Part shown: positions 54,217-60,200 of the stretch, piece after piece
How the letters are laid out: every line of letters starts with the position of its first letter
Position numbering within the stretch: position 1 is the stretch's first letter
The notes under the pieces: model-generated
The model's input: only the letters and a program-made list of their open reading frames with translations
What the model was told of the DNA's origin: nothing
Database searches by the model: none
From: Octopus bimaculoides
Lineage: Eukaryota
Assembly (NCBI RefSeq): GCF_001194135.2
Contig: NC_068988.1
Coordinates: forward strand, 91,508,543-91,572,224
Length of the DNA: 63,682 nt
Direction of reading: 5' to 3'
Translations under genes and position numbers: made by a program

Positions 54217-57200
54217 TACACACATGAATACATACTTACATACATATAGTCTTCTTTCATTTTCCATCTACCAAATTTCCTCATAAGGCTTTGGCTGGCT
54301 GAGGGTCATAGCAGAAGACACTTGCCAAAGATGCTGAACCTGAAACCAAGTGGTTGGGAAACATACTGTTTGACTACACAGCCTTGTCTGCACCTATCAA
54401 ACACCTACCAAAATTAGTAGTGCTTGTAATATTTTATAGCAGTAGTTGCTCATATTACTACTACAGTTGTTACTACATTAGAGGTGATGATGATATTGGT
54501 GGTAGTTTAATTCCAACTTCTTAGTTATGGTTCCCATTTAACACTGCATAATTAACATCAAATAAGCGTAAACTTTCCATATCCTACAATAAAAATAATT
54601 TCAAAATTTCTCCCTCTGCAAGAAACCATATACAGGGGTTGGACAAAATAATGGAAACACCTAGCATCTTTGCATTATAATTTTGAAATATCTATAAAAC
54701 CATTGAAAGCTTGTTTATTTTTGTTTTTTGATCTATTGTTAGTGTTGCTTAATATGTTTAGCTAAAATTGCTGTTTCTTTTCAGATATCATCAGAAAAAG
54801 GTAATTAAAATTCATTAAAATGACAGATCTATTGGACTTTCAAAGAGGTCAAATTGTTGGTGCTCGTATGGCAGGTGCTAGCGTAATGCAAACAGCCGAA
54901 ATGTTTGATGTATCAAGAAGTGCTGTCTCGAAAGTAACAATAGCCTTTGAGAAAGAGGGAAAAACCTCCTCATTGAAACAAAACTCCAGAAGAAAACCAA
55001 AACTTTCAGATAGGGACCGTCAGACTCTTACACAAATTGTTAGAAAGGATCACAAAAGTACAGCTCCCAAAATTAAAGCAGAGCTTAATGACCACCTCGA
55101 GAACCCAGTTTCTACAAAAACTGTTCACCAGGAGCTGCACAAAGCCGGATTTCACAGGAGGGCTGCAATCAGAAAACTACTACTTTCAAAAGCAAACGTT
55201 GCAAAGCATTTAGAGTGGAGTAAAATCCTACAGAATTAGTCCCTAGAGCAGTGGAAGAATGTTATATCCTCAGATGAGTCATCCTTTACCTTATTTCTGA
55301 CCACCGGCCGAGTATACGAGTAGAGACAGCCAAAAGAAGCATTTGACCCAGATTGCCTTCTTCCAACTGTTAAACATGGAGGAGGATCTGTGATGATTTG
55401 GGGGGGCTATATCTTAGAAATCTGCTGGCCCACTGTTTTGGTTTTCCTTCATGGCAGAATTAATAGTCAAAATTATTTAAGCATTTTTCTGATCAAATTC
55501 ATCCAATGGCTGCGGAACTGTTTCTGGAGGGAAGCACAGTCTTTCAGGGTGATAATGCACCAATTCACACAGCTAAAGTTGTTACTGAATGACACAAGGA
55601 GCATTCTAGTGAAGTTGAACATCTTATTATCTGGCCACCACAGTCCCCAGATCTCAATATTATTGAACATTTATGGTGCAATTTAGAAAAACAAGTAAGG
55701 AGTCAATATCCTTTACCATCATCACTACAAGAATTGGAGACTGTTTTAGCTGAAGAATGGACAAAAATTCCTTTGAAAACAATTCAAACTTTGTATGAAT
55801 CCATGCCTTGTAGAATTCAAACTGTAATTACTGCCAAAAGTAGTCCTACCCCATATTAAGATAAATTTGTTTGAAATTTTGAGGTGTTTCCATTATTTTG
55901 TGCAACCCCTGTAATCTTCAAATCCTATTTTATTTTGTTCTTAGCCTTGCCAACAAAGACATATAAGAAATCAGTGACCGTGTCAGTCAGTGATGAATCT
56001 GTAGAAGTTCTTACTGCAAAAGTGTCAGAGAGGAGTAGTCATCAATATTCCTGTACCAGAGAATCAGCCTACTTACCAACTGAGAGTAAAAGTTCCGACA
56101 ATTGTAGCAATTACAAATCTGGTAACATCAAACAACTTGTCCATTCTATTGGAACTGATATGAAAAAATCTATTGCAGTAAGTCACATTCAATGAATTAA
56201 GATGTTGTTCCATAGTTGTATTTAACATTCCAAAATTCTTTTTGCATTTCATTTTCTTTTATATTGACTGATTTGTTGAAGGTGAATGACTACTTTACTT
56301 AATCCACTTTAAATCTACTTTAATAGTTGTTTTTCATGCAACAGGCACTCCTATGTATCTTTCCCATTCACTCTTTTATCACACAACTCAGTGTTCATTC
56401 ACAAAGCTCCTACACTTTCTCTTGTCATACTAACATCTTGATTAAACAGTTGTTCTACACTGCCTTGATGATGTATAGAAATGTGTCCCAAAGCTATCAC
56501 CATACTACAAAAGATCAGTTTTACCGGCACTAAATTCTGATATTGTCTCCTCTGCCTTTCTTTACCAGAATTAATCATTATGATAATGGGTTTTTTTCTC
56601 ATCAGTTAAGGTGAAATTTAATTAAATAGTATTTTTATTTTTAAATAATACTAAATATGTTTTTAAATTGTATCGAATATTAGCAACCACTTTACTATCA
56701 TTCTCTTAACAGGCATAGTACCCTATCTTCTTCATATATATAAATGAATACACATACATACATACATATACATACATAAGATTTGACATAGGAGCATCTG
56801 GTTGTCCAATCAACTGGACAACTTGCTCATTGAATTAACATGTAACGTTGCTGAGTATTCCACTGACATATATCCTTAATGTAATTCACAAGGAGAACCA
56901 GCATGATGCATTGTGACAAGGCTAGATATTTGAATAACAAGTACAGTCCATCTGATAGGCTTCTATACAGTTTCTTGTAGCAGCTAACTATAATACTACT
57001 ATACCAGTCATTGGGGATGGTGCCTTCCTGAATAACCTGATTAACTATATGGGTGACTAAAACTGTATCTTACACCACCAGAAATTTTAATCATTTTGGC
57101 AGTGATTCCTGATGGCCCAGGGGCTTTCCACGTCTTCATGTCCTTAATTACCTTATCTATTATGCTGCTATCAACTCTGAAGGCTAGACCCTCAATTGGT

Positions 57201-60200
57201 TTGATATTTGGTAGATTCTCCTTCACCCATTCATTTTCCACATTTAGTAACCTTTCATAGTGACACTTCCATGCATCCTTCTTCTCTGAGTCACTAAGTG
57301 CAAGCATACTATTATCCATTCGCACACATTTCTCACCTACCACATCTCTATTCTCTCTGATACACTGCTTTGCAATCCTGAACACCTCATGCCTCTGATC
57401 CTCATGCTGTAAAACATTTGCAAATCTCTTACCTTCAGCTACTCCTTTTGCTATGTATACCTGATGCCTATCTGCCCTNNNNNNNNNNNNNNNNNNNNNN
57501 NNNNNNNNNNNNNNNNNCTGTCAACCTCCTTGCTCCACCACCATGTCACCCTTGGTCTAGCTGAGACTCTGCACCAACCACAGATTTCGTCCGTAACCCT
57601 CAGTAGATTGTCCCGCAGGAACTTCCAATTGTCCTCTAAGCTATATGTCCCCAACTCTTCCTCTCTTTTGTCAGAAGCTTCCATTAGTAAATCTCTAAAT
57701 TTTTGTCTGTTTGCTGGGTCTTTGAGCTTCCATAGTCTTCTTTTCCAGATTGGTTTATTTCTCTGAGTCTTTCTAGCTCTAATTCTGAAGTCACTGTTGG
57801 GTTGTACAATTTTCACCTGAGAAAGACTTTATATTTTTAAGCATCCATCTATTCGTGACCTGGTGAGGAGGTAGTCACTCTGGCTTATGTGCTCACCAGA
57901 CTGATAAGTGATTAAGTGGTTGGCTGGTTTTTTGAAGTTAGTGTTGCAGATCATGAGATCATTTGCATCACAGAACTCCAGCAGTCTTGTTCCCTCCTCA
58001 TATCTAGGTCCAAAACTATAGTCCCCATGCACTCCCTGGAATCCATTGAAGTCACCAGCCACAAGTCTCTGTCATTTGTCATTGAGATGATCTGCAAAAG
58101 GATCTCATAGAATTGGTCCTTCTGCTCATCAGTCGGCCCAGACTGAGGAGCATAGGCAGAGATAAATGTCACTGTTAATTTACCTAGGATAAGTCTCATC
58201 TTAATTACCCTATCACATACTCTGGCTACCTCAATTACCTTATCTACCCACTTTTCTGCTAACAGTATGCCTACTCCACCCACTCCATCCTTCCTGCTGA
58301 CCCCAAATAATTCGAATCTCTGTCTCTTACCTGTGAGGAATCTAGCTGAGGTTCCCCTCCATCTTACTTTTTGCACACCACACACATCAACATGGTGTCA
58401 CTTCAGCATTTCAATAATCTCCCCACTCCTTCCTTTCCTTGTGCCAACACTGATGGTAGCAACCCTGAGATTGAGTACTTGGAAGTGGTAGCAGTACGGT
58501 AGTTTTGGAAATTTTGCCATCACCTGAAATGAAGATCTGCAAAAATGCTTGCCAGCTACCATAGAGTTTTGACACAGTTTATTCAGTAAATTACAACGAA
58601 TCACAGTTCCCCCACCTTGCCCAACATCTAGAGCAAGAGCCAACAAGTTGATATGAGAATAGAGTAGTTACATAGGGCAGTTTAACTATTATATGTCTAA
58701 ATATTTATATATGAGGTACCTTTATCTGTATACTATATTCACCAGGGTGCTTATATGAGGATATAACGAGGTATAAAGGTATACTCAAAATGTGTATTCA
58801 CATACGCAGGAAGTGTATGAGTCGCCAGGTAAAATTGTTAATGTACGAATTAAGATGGTGGGGGGGAGGATGGGTGGGCATAACAGGTGTGCAAAATGGA
58901 TGTTGAACACAGGCCATGTGCAAACTAAGTTTTACATACGACATAGCGAAACGGGCTCAGAAGAAAAGCCATAGTATTTAATAATTATCATTATTCTTAT
59001 TATCATTAAAATATTAATGCTAAATTAATATTACATGGAAAAATGCGAGCATGAAAAGTAATATTCTTAAGAGTATAAAGCTGGAAAAGTACAGAACAAG
59101 TTATTACACCTGGAAAAGTACAGGACAAGCTATTACTTCTAGTAAAGCAAAGAGTAAGAAACTTTTTACTTAAGATATTGCAGCAAAGAATGCCATTCTT
59201 CTAATTTATCACTCTTTACAGTTCTCATCTTTAAATTTATTATACAAAATTGTTCGGATAATTATTCACTTTTTTCTGTATTTAAGTTATTAAATGAGCC
59301 AAATTCTACATAAATAAGTATAGTGTTATTTGTAAATTATAATAAAATAATTTTTAATATTCAAATTTTAATTTTAGCTGCAATATTTTAAGTAAAAAGT
59401 TTCTTATTCTTTACTAGAAGTAATAGCTTGTCCTATACTTTTACAGGTGCAATAACTTGTCCTGTACTTTTCCAGGTTTATAATCTTAAGAATATTACTT
59501 TTCAAGCTCGCATTTTTCCATGTAATCCATGATTTTTCCAGGCATTGCTGTTATAAGATAATTAATAATGTGTCAATTAATAATTTAAGATTTTAAATTA
59601 TAAAATACTGAAAGATAATATATCAATTTTTCCATGTAAGTGATGATGATGTTTCAATTTTTTTCATGTTTAATTTAAATATATGTTGTGATTGAATTAT
59701 TTGATATTACCCATCCACACCAAATTAATGTTGGTTGCACCATGGCTCACCAAAAGTTACAAACAAGACCCTAAAACCATCAGTTACCAGGCTCACCTTA
59801 AGTAACCTAATTTTGCAATATTAGGTGGTCACAGGAATTCATACAACAACAAAAAAAAAAATTCCAGTTATTCTGGGATTAGTGGGGAAACCCCCACCTC
59901 ATTTTTTCCAAACAAAAATAAGGGATTTGCAGCATATTAGGAGGTCAGGGTACTTGATTCCACGCAAAAAATCAAATTTTTTGTGTTTTTTTTTCTAATA
60001 TAGAAATTGACCATAATGTTGTTGCTATTTAGCCTCAAATCAACCCTGATACTGCAGACCTATCATCAAAGACATTCCAGCCTTCAGCAAACCGTCTTTT
60101 CAGGGATAATGTAGGACATTACATACAATGGTTGTGTGATTTAGGTAGGGGAATACTTTGGCTGCTATTTTTAGCGTATCAAGTGACCAGGTAGAGGCTC

